Source of the DNA: Gammaproteobacteria bacterium
Lineage (GTDB): Bacteria; Pseudomonadota; Gammaproteobacteria; JBIOEC01
DNA: 32,000 nucleotides
Assembly: GCA_965279305.1 (NCBI GenBank)
Contig: OZ257143.1
Location: forward strand, 990,001-1,022,000
Reading direction: 5' to 3'
Of the stretch, positions 17,325-25,421 are shown piece by piece; position 1 is the first letter of the stretch, and the number at the start of each line of letters is the position of its first letter. Position numbers and translations under genes: made by a program. The notes under the pieces were generated by a model that was given only the letters and a program-made list of their open reading frames with translations, had not been told where the DNA came from and searched no databases.

Positions 17325-17954
17325 ATGGTGGTTGCCGTAACAAAACGTTCGGTCATGACTTTTTACTCCGATCCTAATGATATTTACAGCCATCGCTGCA
17401 GAATTGTATTAGCTGAAAAAGGGGTGACGGTTGATATTATCGATATAAACCCTCATGAAAAGCCCGAAGATTTATTAGCACTCAATCCTTATAACACTTT
17501 ACCTACCTTAATCGATCGTGATTTAGTGTTATATGAATCTAGCATTATTATGGAATATTTAGATGAGCGTTTTCCTCATCCTCCTTTAATGCCTGTGTAT
17601 CCGGTAGCGCGTGCACAAACACGTTTAATGTTGCATCGTATCGATACCGATTGGTACGGTTTAATGAATAAAATTTTGGTCAGCAAAGGAAGTGAACAGC
17701 AAACCGCCAGACAACATTTGTTGGAAGGTTTTTTAGCGGTGATGCCGATTTTCGAACAAAATCCTTATTTCTTAAGCCAAGAATTTTCATTGGTCGATTG
17801 CTCGTTAGCCGCTTTATTTTGGCGTCTTCCGGTTTTAGGTATTCAATTACCCAAAAAATCTCAGCCGCTATTAGATTATTGTCACCGTGTATTTGGCCGA
17901 GATTCTTTCCAAACCAGTTTATCCGCAGCTGAGAGAGAAATGCACGGGGGCTAA
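17325..17954 (+). CDS. sspA: Stringent starvation protein A (GST-fold)
   Basis: 209 aa. KRSVMTFYSDPNDIYSHRCRIVLAEKGV...NPYNTLPTLIDRDLVLYES.IIMEYLDERFPHPPLMP matches SspA closely. It follows petABC, as in many gammaproteobacteria. Confidence 0.92.
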   Translation: MVVAVTKRSVMTFYSDPNDIYSHRCRIVLAEKGVTVDIIDINPHEKPEDLLALNPYNTLPTLIDRDLVLYESSIIMEYLDERFPHPPLMPVYPVARAQTRLMLHRIDTDWYGLMNKILVSKGSEQQTARQHLLEGFLAVMPIFEQNPYFLSQEFSLVDCSLAALFWRLPVLGIQLPKKSQPLLDYCHRVFGRDSFQTSLSAAEREMHGG

Positions 17955-17958
17955 TTTT

Positions 17959-18417
17959 ATGTCAGCGATCAAAACGCCGATGACGTCGTGCCGCCCGTAT
18001 TTAATTAATGCTATTTATACGTGGATTACGGATAATCAATTAACTCCTTACCTTATTGTGAATGCAACACTTCCTGATGTACAAGTGCCTGTGCAATTTG
18101 TACAAGAAGGAAAAATCATTTTAAATATTGCGCCCTTAGCGGTAAAAGAATTAGCGATTGAATCGACCGCTATAAAATTTACCGCGCGTTTTAATAATAT
18201 AGTTCAGCAAGTGCATGTGCCTACACCCGCGGTATTAGGTGTGTACGCCAAAGAAAATGGTAGAGGTATGTTTTTTGATTCGCCTGAATTTATGGATGAA
18301 GCAGAACATTTTAAATCAACGGCTACTCACTCTATACAAGAACAACGTCCTTTGCGTAAAAAGCCTAATTTAACGGTAATTAGTAATAACCAATCTTTCA
18401 ACAAAGATAAGGACTAA
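17959..18417 (+). CDS. sspB: ClpXP adaptor / stringent starvation protein B
   Basis: The track ORF 17887-18417 overlaps sspA. ATG 17959 gives MSAIKTPMTSCRPYLINAIYTWITDN..TPYL, the canonical SspB N-terminus. The acidic and basic C-terminal tail is typical. Confidence 0.88.
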   Translation: MSAIKTPMTSCRPYLINAIYTWITDNQLTPYLIVNATLPDVQVPVQFVQEGKIILNIAPLAVKELAIESTAIKFTARFNNIVQQVHVPTPAVLGVYAKENGRGMFFDSPEFMDEAEHFKSTATHSIQEQRPLRKKPNLTVISNNQSFNKDKD

Positions 18418-18420
18418 CTC

Positions 18421-19233
18421 GTGACAGATCCCAGACCTATTGGTGTATTTGATTCAGGAGTAGGTGGCCTTACCGTATTAAGCGCTTTAAGAGAAACGCT
18501 CCCTCATGAAAACTTTGTTTACTTAGGTGATACCGCTCGTGTTCCTTATGGCACTAAAAGTGCGTCTTTAATTCAACGTTATGCTGAGCAAGCGGCGCGT
18601 TATTTGTTAGAGCATGATATTAAATTATTAATTATTGCGTGTAACACCGTTGTATCAGCAGAAGCGATTCCTATTTTAAATCAGTTATTTCCTGAGCTGC
18701 CTATTATTGGTGTGGTGGATCCAGGCGCGCATGCAGCCGTTGAAAAAAGCAAAAAACAAATTATAGGTGTATTGGCTACTCGTGTGACATTGCACAGTGG
18801 TGCTTATACACGCGCAATTCAGCATTACTCGCCTAAAGCACAAGTATTTACCTATGCAGCTCCTTTATTAGTTCCGTTGGCGGAAGAAGGCTGGTTAGAG
18901 GGCGAGGTAGCTGAAAGTGTTATTCAACATTATTTAAAGCCTTTGCTTGAACATTCAGTAGACTGTTTATTATTAGGATGCACCCATTATCCTTTATTTG
19001 TTCCTGCTATAAAAAAACTTCTTCCTAAAGGTGTGGCTTTAGTAGACTCTGCTATTACCACCGCACAAGCCACCGCTGATTATTTGGAAAAACACCATAA
19101 GCAAAACACGCAAACAAGCACAGGCGAACTTCGTTTTTATGTAACAGATGATCCTTCTCAGTTTGCTAAAGTGGGCACTGCTTTCTTAGGTGAGCCTATT
19201 ATGCCCGCCACCGTCAGCTTAGCGGATTTATAG
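18421..19233 (+). CDS. murI: Glutamate racemase
   Basis: 270 aa with a GTG start. GVFDSGVGGLTV, catalytic ACNT and GCTHYP motifs are present. Confidence 0.92.
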   Translation: MTDPRPIGVFDSGVGGLTVLSALRETLPHENFVYLGDTARVPYGTKSASLIQRYAEQAARYLLEHDIKLLIIACNTVVSAEAIPILNQLFPELPIIGVVDPGAHAAVEKSKKQIIGVLATRVTLHSGAYTRAIQHYSPKAQVFTYAAPLLVPLAEEGWLEGEVAESVIQHYLKPLLEHSVDCLLLGCTHYPLFVPAIKKLLPKGVALVDSAITTAQATADYLEKHHKQNTQTSTGELRFYVTDDPSQFAKVGTAFLGEPIMPATVSLADL

Positions 19234-19259
19234 CTTTTAAGCTTAGGCTCATATTCCAC

Positions 19260-19287
19260 TTGATTTTCTAAACAAACTCAGTAAAAT
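19260..19287 (+). promoter_or_regulatory. Sigma70-like promoter of paralog A (TTGATT-16 nt-TAAAAT), member of a triplicated promoter
   Basis: ACTTGATTTTCTAAACAAACTCAGTAAAATAACTAT aligns with the regions upstream of paralogs B and C. The downstream GGAGTT RBS is also conserved. Confidence 0.55.
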
Positions 19288-19347
19288 AACTATCTTTTCT
19301 TTATCTCAATCTAAAATATTGAGGTTTTATAGCTTCGGAGTTTTTAT

Positions 19348-21684
19348 ATGTTGGAATATATGCAAATGGAAAACGGATATTTTCGAGTTTCTCCGGGGCC
19401 TGCTTTTCGCAATGCCCAACAAGTATGGCCACCACTCCCTCAGCAAGTATTGCCAACGTTTTCTCCATTGCCTCAAGTTCCGCAACCGCAATGGGTTTCT
19501 CATCCCCAGCAACCAGAATGGTATTTTATTCCAGGGTTTGATGAAGCGTATTTTTCTAAAACTAGATTGCTCCCTCTCATGAGACAATTGCGAACTTTGC
19601 AACAAAATATCTTTACTGCAACGGGAGTAAGGATTGGTATTACCATGGCAGGAAGTAAGCTTTGGTTATCAACGGTTAATGGGTTTGTTACTGGTATAGA
19701 TCAAAAAAAATTAGCTGAAGCGATATTCAAAACCGATGCGGATTTTTTTATTACGGTTCCACACAACATCAGAGAAGACCTTATTATTGCTATAAAAAAG
19801 GGTATAGCTAATTTATTTTTAGAGTTATCTTGCCCCCCTGGGGATACAAAGGAAAAAAAAGATACTATAGATGGTGGCTGGTATTTTCAGCTACATGCGG
19901 AATCAACGTATTTTACTGTTGACTTTACTGTCAGCACCAGCAGTCCATTTAAAACCGTTGGTCATAATTTAACTCAGTGTTTACTTTTAGATGTTGATAG
20001 CGTTTTTAAATTTTATATTCCTTTGTTTCCGAAATCGTATGAAGGTTTAACTCAATGCAGAGGATTTATTATTAATCCTAACGTATATAGTATTAGTAAT
20101 CAGGGTACTATCATTCCTCATCTTTATGATCGATCAATACCTTTTAATTATCAACGATTTAGAGCAGAAGAAGGTGCTTTGGCTAATATTGTCAAAACCG
20201 GTATCAGGGCGATTTCTTTAGATTTTGGATTTGAGCAAAGTTTTTTAGATTTTTTAAGCACTTTAGAGAATACGATTGTTGGAACAGTGATAGTAAGAGC
20301 TCGTGATCGATCAGAAAAAATATTACCTTTGACTTTATTGGATACGATATTTTTTAGAATAATAGATTTTGCTTTAATGCCTGAGCATCAATACGTTGTA
20401 AGAAATCTTTTTTTCATGAAAAAAAATAAACCGTATTACTTAATCGACTCCTTAAAGAAAATGAAATATTCTATTGATATTAATGTTTCTGTCACACATT
20501 CTTCTGGATCTTTTTCTCATAAGTTAAAAGGTAATTTAAAAGTTAGAGATCAATTTCGAGAATATAATAGAAGAGAAAACGCTGAGCCATCTAATAATAT
20601 ACAGGCAAGGGGAAGTGATATAGCAACAGCTATGCCTGTAGAAATTAATGCTACATCGGCGCCTGCATCTGCTATTGATGCAAGAGCACCAGAAGTGGTT
20701 GCTGCTACGCCTCCGGATGAAGTGAGAGAACCAGAAATGGTTGTTGCTGCCCCAATTATTGTTGGAACTGAACCAGAAAAAGTAGCTGCTCCCGTTGTTA
20801 ATACAACAGAACCAGAAGTTGTAGCTAAAGTTTGTGCTGTTGATGCAATAGAGAAACAAGCAACTTCGGAAGATACCGCTGCATTAGCTTCTGATGCTCC
20901 TGAACCTGCTGCTGTATCAGAAAATAGAACTAGTTCAACTGGTAATAATATAAAAAGAAGAAAGCCAAAACATAGAATACAAAAAAATGATTTAAGTAAT
21001 CTTGAAACGCATACAGAAACCGTTGTTGCTTCTAAAGCAGTAACCGCTGAACCTCTAAAAAATAACTCGCTAGAAAATGCTGTAGCAGTTCAATCAAGTG
21101 CAGCGAATACCATAACTCATGCTGTAGCTCCATCGCTGGATCTGTCTTTTGATAAAAAATTATTTTTTAAAATTGCTGAATATCTAGTGGTAGGTTTATT
21201 TTCTTTAATTTTGATGAGAGTGGTTCCTTCTTTAATATTAACTTATATTGATAATAGAAATACATATCTTGCGACGAGGTTACTGAAAAATAGTGTGGAA
21301 ATATTAATTTCATTAATTAATCCTATCGTATGGGCTTTATATAATAAAAAAAATCATACTGCTATAAAAATTTTATCGGGTATTTTAGCAGTGACCACTC
21401 TTTTTTGTGAGTTTTTAGCTTTAATGAATTATGAAAAGAACTATCGATCAATCAATGATCTACCTTTGTCTTTTTTTTCGGCTCATATTTTTTTATTTAT
21501 AGTGAATACTCTCGCGGTAGCTTATGGGGGCTGGATAAAACCTGAGATCTTTAAGGCGCCGAAAAAGCCTGCCGCCGCCAGACAGGCAGCCGCTGCCCAA
21601 GCAAACAGAACCCAGGAGACAAGAACCCAAGCCAGCCCCCCACCCTCTAGTAGGAGTAAGGCAACGATTAGTGATCCCCGCTAG
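19348..21684 (+). CDS. Paralog A of an unrecognised family: P/Q-rich N-terminus, conserved ~330-aa core, repeat-rich linker, C-terminal 4-helix hydrophobic module
   Basis: 778 aa. The core (aa ~60-385) aligns by eye with ORFs 21799-22944 and 23034-25421. Shared blocks are DEAYF, GSK.W, TDADFFITV, DGGWYFQL, VDFTVST, IPLFP..Y..LTQCRGFIINPN, FRAEEGALANIVKT, ENTIVGT, LTLLD and KPYYL. Four hydrophobic segments span aa ~605-730. Confidence 0.8.
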   Translation: MLEYMQMENGYFRVSPGPAFRNAQQVWPPLPQQVLPTFSPLPQVPQPQWVSHPQQPEWYFIPGFDEAYFSKTRLLPLMRQLRTLQQNIFTATGVRIGITMAGSKLWLSTVNGFVTGIDQKKLAEAIFKTDADFFITVPHNIREDLIIAIKKGIANLFLELSCPPGDTKEKKDTIDGGWYFQLHAESTYFTVDFTVSTSSPFKTVGHNLTQCLLLDVDSVFKFYIPLFPKSYEGLTQCRGFIINPNVYSISNQGTIIPHLYDRSIPFNYQRFRAEEGALANIVKTGIRAISLDFGFEQSFLDFLSTLENTIVGTVIVRARDRSEKILPLTLLDTIFFRIIDFALMPEHQYVVRNLFFMKKNKPYYLIDSLKKMKYSIDINVSVTHSSGSFSHKLKGNLKVRDQFREYNRRENAEPSNNIQARGSDIATAMPVEINATSAPASAIDARAPEVVAATPPDEVREPEMVVAAPIIVGTEPEKVAAPVVNTTEPEVVAKVCAVDAIEKQATSEDTAALASDAPEPAAVSENRTSSTGNNIKRRKPKHRIQKNDLSNLETHTETVVASKAVTAEPLKNNSLENAVAVQSSAANTITHAVAPSLDLSFDKKLFFKIAEYLVVGLFSLILMRVVPSLILTYIDNRNTYLATRLLKNSVEILISLINPIVWALYNKKNHTAIKILSGILAVTTLFCEFLALMNYEKNYRSINDLPLSFFSAHIFLFIVNTLAVAYGGWIKPEIFKAPKKPAAARQAAAAQANRTQETRTQASPPPSSRSKATISDPR
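20686..20830 (+). repeat. Imperfect in-frame tandem repeat (4 units of 39-42 nt) inside paralog A
   Basis: GMACCAGAAnnnGTnGYTGCT units start at 20686, 20728, 20770 and 20809. They encode APEVVAA / EPEMVVAA / EPEKVAA / EPEVVAK. Confidence 0.7.
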
Positions 21685-21716
21685 ATAGCGCTATTCTTAC
21701 GGGTAGTAGATTTTAC

Positions 21717-21745
21717 TTGTGTTTTCTAACAAAATTCAGTAAAGT
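21717..21745 (+). promoter_or_regulatory. Sigma70-like promoter of paralog B (TTGTGT-17 nt-TAAAGT)
   Basis: ACTTGTGTTTTCTAACAAAATTCAGTAAAGTAACTTAT aligns with the promoter regions of paralogs A and C. A GGGAGTT RBS precedes ATG 21799. Confidence 0.5.
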
Positions 21746-21798
21746 AACTTATTTGAAGTAAGGGCAATGGAGCTGCCTAGTCATTTAGGGAGTTTTAC

Positions 21799-22944
21799 AT
21801 GCCGCCTCGTCACGATAAGCCTCTTATAAGGTCTGGAAATTGGATTGTTAACGATCTTTTGAGCTTTGATCGTTTACAGGCACGCCCAGAATTGATCCCT
21901 CTGCTCAAACGCTTCCATAAAGCATTTAATCAAGCCTTTAAGGGTGAATCTCTATTTATTGTGCTTTCAGGTAGCCAGGCATCTTTTTTTGTGGCTACTT
22001 CCATGCTTAATGATTTACCCCATATCAAGGATTATTTAGTCAGAGCAGATGCCGATATTACTCTTGTCGTGAGCCCTAAAATACTAAATACACCGGCTTT
22101 ACTGGCTGAATTAAAAGCGCTTATACATTCTGTTTTTCTATATAAGAATAGATATTTGGACTTAAGCTTCGTGAATGCTAATGAAGAGCCTTATTTCCAG
22201 ATAAAAGGGGAAATAGAAGTAGCAGCAGCCGTATTCCCAATCGATATTACGATAAATGCAGGAATGCATAAAGAACCTTTGCACAATTGGGATTTTAGAA
22301 TCGTTATAAACCCTAAAGGTCGTTTGGAGCTATATTTACCTAATTTTGATGGTGCGTATATAGGGCGTGAATATGGTCAAATGGTTATTAATCATGTCGT
22401 CTTTCAATTAGGCTGGGATGGCACCGTTTATGTTAATTATGAGGCACTGTTTGAAACCCCTCATTTGAACCCTGATTCCAAGGCCATAGCTATCATTTCT
22501 ACGCTCACTTATTTGATGAGAACAGGCGTAAAATACTTACATTACGGAGTTTCTCCCAGTATTCATATGCTTTACTTTTTTAAAGCGCTAAATAATCTAT
22601 CGGTTTTTGCATTTGGCCCTATCCCTAATGTACCTCGTAACGAAAAAACGGCGGGCATTTCTGTATTATCATCACTTTCGACTCGTTTGGTTGAGTATAC
22701 CAAAGGAGATAATGCCATGTTTGCGCGGGCGTTATCAGTATTTTTAAATAGGGTAGAGGCTATTGGTTATAGCAGTACAGATGCGCAGATGATAGCTGAT
22801 CTATCAGGCGATGTATCTTTTGAGAGCGAAGGAGTTGACTCTGCTTATAGTTCTCAGAGTTCTTTAACGTCTTCTTCTCCCATTTGCATATCAGCCCCGC
22901 CTTCTCCTGATAAACCGGTTCGCTCGGCTTCAATGCCAACTTGA
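21799..22944 (+). CDS. Paralog B (short, divergent; lacks linker and membrane module)
   Basis: 381 aa. It starts with MPPR, like paralog C (the first 12 nt, ATGCCGCCTCGT, are identical). It shares LSGS...ADADITLVV...YFQI...IDITI...LYLPNF..Y...VINH with A and C. The C-terminal tail is Ser/Pro-rich. Confidence 0.75.
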   Translation: MPPRHDKPLIRSGNWIVNDLLSFDRLQARPELIPLLKRFHKAFNQAFKGESLFIVLSGSQASFFVATSMLNDLPHIKDYLVRADADITLVVSPKILNTPALLAELKALIHSVFLYKNRYLDLSFVNANEEPYFQIKGEIEVAAAVFPIDITINAGMHKEPLHNWDFRIVINPKGRLELYLPNFDGAYIGREYGQMVINHVVFQLGWDGTVYVNYEALFETPHLNPDSKAIAIISTLTYLMRTGVKYLHYGVSPSIHMLYFFKALNNLSVFAFGPIPNVPRNEKTAGISVLSSLSTRLVEYTKGDNAMFARALSVFLNRVEAIGYSSTDAQMIADLSGDVSFESEGVDSAYSSQSSLTSSSPICISAPPSPDKPVRSASMPT

Positions 22945-22968
22945 TTTATTCCTAGAATTCAGTAATAT
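22941..22968 (+). promoter_or_regulatory. Sigma70-like promoter of paralog C (TTGATT-16 nt-TAATAT)
   Basis: ACTTGATTTATTCCTAGAATTCAGTAATATAACTAT. The -35 overlaps the stop codon of paralog B (TGA at 22942-22944). A TGGAGTT RBS precedes ATG 23034. Confidence 0.55.
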
Positions 22969-23033
22969 AACTATATTGATTAATAAATGTACAGTGCTTG
23001 GCTTTTGTAGCCATGTGCTAGCTTGGAGTTCGT

Positions 23034-25421
23034 ATGCCGCCTCGTGATAGTAGTCGTATGCCGCCACCTGCAATTTTGCCTCCAACCGTTGAGAGTTCGG
23101 ACTGGCTAGATTGGACGGTATGGGATGAAGCCTATTTTCTTAATACCGATATAGGTCCTCTCATCGCCCAATTGCAGGATTTTCAAAAACGCGTAGACGA
23201 AAGATATGGCGTTAAAGTGGAGCCCGTGATTAAAGGAAGTAAACCTTGGGTACTGACTCTTCCTCATTTTGTTCCTCTCGTTAATTCTGCAAAACTACAA
23301 GAACTAAAAATTCGGGCAGATACCGATGTCTCTGTAACTGTTCATAAAGAAATTGATGACACCGTGTTTTCAACATTATGTGTGTTTGCCACTCAGGCTT
23401 TAGGACACTCTACCAGTAGGCCAAACTATGATCATAGAAAAAATGTAACACCTGATGGCGGCCGATTTTGGCAATTGATAGGTGAGGGTGTGGCTGGTGA
23501 AACGGAGTTTACTATCAGTACCTTGCAGCCGCCACCTTTTCATAATTTAGGTTTTCAATTAAAAGTGGCAGCAGATGGTACCGTTAAACTGAAAATTCCA
23601 TTCTTTCCTAACGCTTATAACAGTTTACAAACCAGAAATGCTTTTCTTATTAATCCTAATATTGTTCGCGTGGTTAATAATATATTATATGTTAATGTAT
23701 TCGGTACTTCTTTACCTCCCAGCTTTTTGCTTTTTAAAGCAGAAGTCGGTTCATTGGCCAGTATCCTAAAAACCGTTATTAAAGTGTGTTATTTAGGAAT
23801 GAAGCTAGATGTTAGCACCCTACATTTTTTAACCGCAGCTGAAAGTGCAATAGTCGGGACAATAAAAATCAATGGTAAAGAAGAAAATCTGACTTTATTG
23901 GATATGATGGTTTATAGAATAAAAGAATACTTAAAAGATCCAAAATACTCACCCGTTCTGAATGATTTATTTGTGATAAAAGAGGGTAATAAATATTACC
24001 TTTCACAGGTTTTAGATAAAATAAAAGCATCTACCGCCCTTAATGTTAATTTTATTCATAAAGCTGCTGTAATTCAAGGACATTTCCCTGGCCTTGTTCG
24101 TCCAAGAGCGGATTCTTCTAATGGAAGTTCTCATTCTTCATCAAGCTCACCTACAGAAGAATCAAGATCAACAGAAGACCTTGTAAAATCTGAACTAGTT
24201 CCTATTAAAATAGAAGCAATAAATGTTGAAGCAACTCCAGAAGTGGTAAAAATAATTCCCGCTGTCTCTGTTGAAGTGAGAAAAGTAAACTTGATTACGT
24301 TACCTAAAGTAAAAGAAGAAATAGCCATCATTGAAAAGAAACCTGCAAGAGTTAAGAAGCGTAATGATACGAAATTTAGAAGAGAAGCAGGAATGGTTGA
24401 TGTTCCTCAAGTACAACCTAAAGAAAAACCCGCTAAAAAAGAAAAGAAATCAGTCGAACTGGTAGGACCATCTGTTGTTCAAGCCCCAATACCTGAACAA
24501 ACAAAATCAACAGATCAACCACCACCATATTCTCCTTTGGAAAGTAATAATCCCTATTTAGGATCATCTCCCGATGATGAAAGAACGGCTATTGATAATT
24601 CAAGAAAAGAAGCCGAAACTAAAAGATTAATGAAAGATATACAGGATCAAGAAGAACGTATTTTTAACGTTTTTAATACTTTATTAAATGGATTGGAAGT
24701 GGGTTCTGGAAAAATGTTAGAACTCAAGTTTTTAGATAGAGATTATAGAGATATAAAATATTCGTTGAGAACATCTACTGGAAATAATGATTTAAGCAAG
24801 GCTCTTACTTCTCTTAAACATATACATAAAAAAATGGTTAAGCTATTAAAATTTGTTAAGCCTGTTGAAGTTGTCATTGCGCCTAAAACTGAAATATTAA
24901 TACCTAGAAAGATGCCAGTGGTTACCTATCTGCCATTGCTTAATCGTTTAGAAAGAATCTTTTTAGGGGCTTTCACAGCAATTACTGTTATGCAGGTAGC
25001 AAAATTAGCTCATACTATTATGTGGAGAGGTCTTGCGCCAAATGCTTTAGGAAAGAGCCTTATGCTGTTAGTTCCTTATATCAATCCTGTTTTTTGTATT
25101 TTATATGCCAGAATGCAAGGTGGCCAAGCAAAATCAAAAATATCCAACGATATGTTTGCCAAGTTTTGGTTTGCTTTCAGTGCTTTTACGGCCATTTTTA
25201 TCGAGGTTCTCAATTTATTGAATGCTCGAATGAAACAGCAGTTGAAAGAGCCTGTTGATCCTGTTTTGGTTCATTTGCATATGGGATTGTTGGTAATGAA
25301 CGTGATATTTGTGGCTTATGCGTTTTTTATCAAGCCTGCTATTGTGGGTGAAAATAAGAAAAAAGAGGCGGCGCCTAATCCTGAAAATGCTGCAAAAAGA
25401 TTGTTAAATAAGCTTCGCTAG
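23034..25421 (+). CDS. Paralog C: conserved core + Ser-rich/Lys-rich linker with PPPY + coiled-coil + C-terminal 4-helix hydrophobic module
   Basis: 795 aa. Core blocks are DEAYF, IKGSKPW, ADTDVSVTV, DGGRFWQL, TEFTIST, IPFFPNAY.SLQTRNAFLINPN, FKAEVGSLASILKT, ESAIVGT, LTLLD and NKYYL. PPPY is at 24519-24530. Hydrophobic segments span aa ~641-768, with YINP and VAY..FIKP shared with paralog A. Confidence 0.8.
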   Translation: MPPRDSSRMPPPAILPPTVESSDWLDWTVWDEAYFLNTDIGPLIAQLQDFQKRVDERYGVKVEPVIKGSKPWVLTLPHFVPLVNSAKLQELKIRADTDVSVTVHKEIDDTVFSTLCVFATQALGHSTSRPNYDHRKNVTPDGGRFWQLIGEGVAGETEFTISTLQPPPFHNLGFQLKVAADGTVKLKIPFFPNAYNSLQTRNAFLINPNIVRVVNNILYVNVFGTSLPPSFLLFKAEVGSLASILKTVIKVCYLGMKLDVSTLHFLTAAESAIVGTIKINGKEENLTLLDMMVYRIKEYLKDPKYSPVLNDLFVIKEGNKYYLSQVLDKIKASTALNVNFIHKAAVIQGHFPGLVRPRADSSNGSSHSSSSSPTEESRSTEDLVKSELVPIKIEAINVEATPEVVKIIPAVSVEVRKVNLITLPKVKEEIAIIEKKPARVKKRNDTKFRREAGMVDVPQVQPKEKPAKKEKKSVELVGPSVVQAPIPEQTKSTDQPPPYSPLESNNPYLGSSPDDERTAIDNSRKEAETKRLMKDIQDQEERIFNVFNTLLNGLEVGSGKMLELKFLDRDYRDIKYSLRTSTGNNDLSKALTSLKHIHKKMVKLLKFVKPVEVVIAPKTEILIPRKMPVVTYLPLLNRLERIFLGAFTAITVMQVAKLAHTIMWRGLAPNALGKSLMLLVPYINPVFCILYARMQGGQAKSKISNDMFAKFWFAFSAFTAIFIEVLNLLNARMKQQLKEPVDPVLVHLHMGLLVMNVIFVAYAFFIKPAIVGENKKKEAAPNPENAAKRLLNKLR

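Noticed and set aside
17887-17958. A 5' extension of the sspB ORF that overlaps the end of sspA.
   Set aside because: The canonical SspB N-terminus begins at ATG 17959. The extension is simply the same frame being open upstream.
19266-19293. The idea that the conserved block upstream of the three paralogs is a PmrA (TTAATATT tandem) or CpxR (GTAAA-N-GTAAA) site, as known for Legionella/Coxiella effector genes.
   Set aside because: Only a single GTAA(A) is present and there is no TTAATATT tandem, so the sequence does not match either consensus. I report it only as a conserved promoter/operator-like block.
19319-19605. ORFs 19319-19582(+) and 19327-19605(-), overlapping the start of paralog A.
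   Set aside because: Alignment with the conserved RBS-ATG spacing of paralogs B and C supports 19348 as the real start in another frame, and these ORFs have no motifs.
20536-20859. A 107-aa antisense ORF across the tandem-repeat linker of paralog A.
   Set aside because: It is an artefact of the repetitive GAACCAGAA/GCTGCT composition. The sense frame is continuous with the conserved flanking domains.
21685-21694. A perfect 10-bp palindrome, ATAGCGCTAT, immediately after the paralog A stop, considered as a possible terminator.
   Set aside because: There is no loop and no downstream T-tract, and the stem is too short and AT-rich for a rho-independent terminator call.
6650-25421. C-terminal tails of the accessory proteins read as Dot/Icm (type IVB) secretion signals: ...LPPPPMKAPALIF, ...ELDDALNAPDSVYQCSPN, ...SPPPSSRSKATISDPR and ...SPDKPVRSASMPT.
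   Set aside because: The Ser/Pro/Glu-rich composition is suggestive, but the signal is too degenerate to call by eye, and the window contains no secretion-system genes. It is left as a hypothesis to test rather than a feature.
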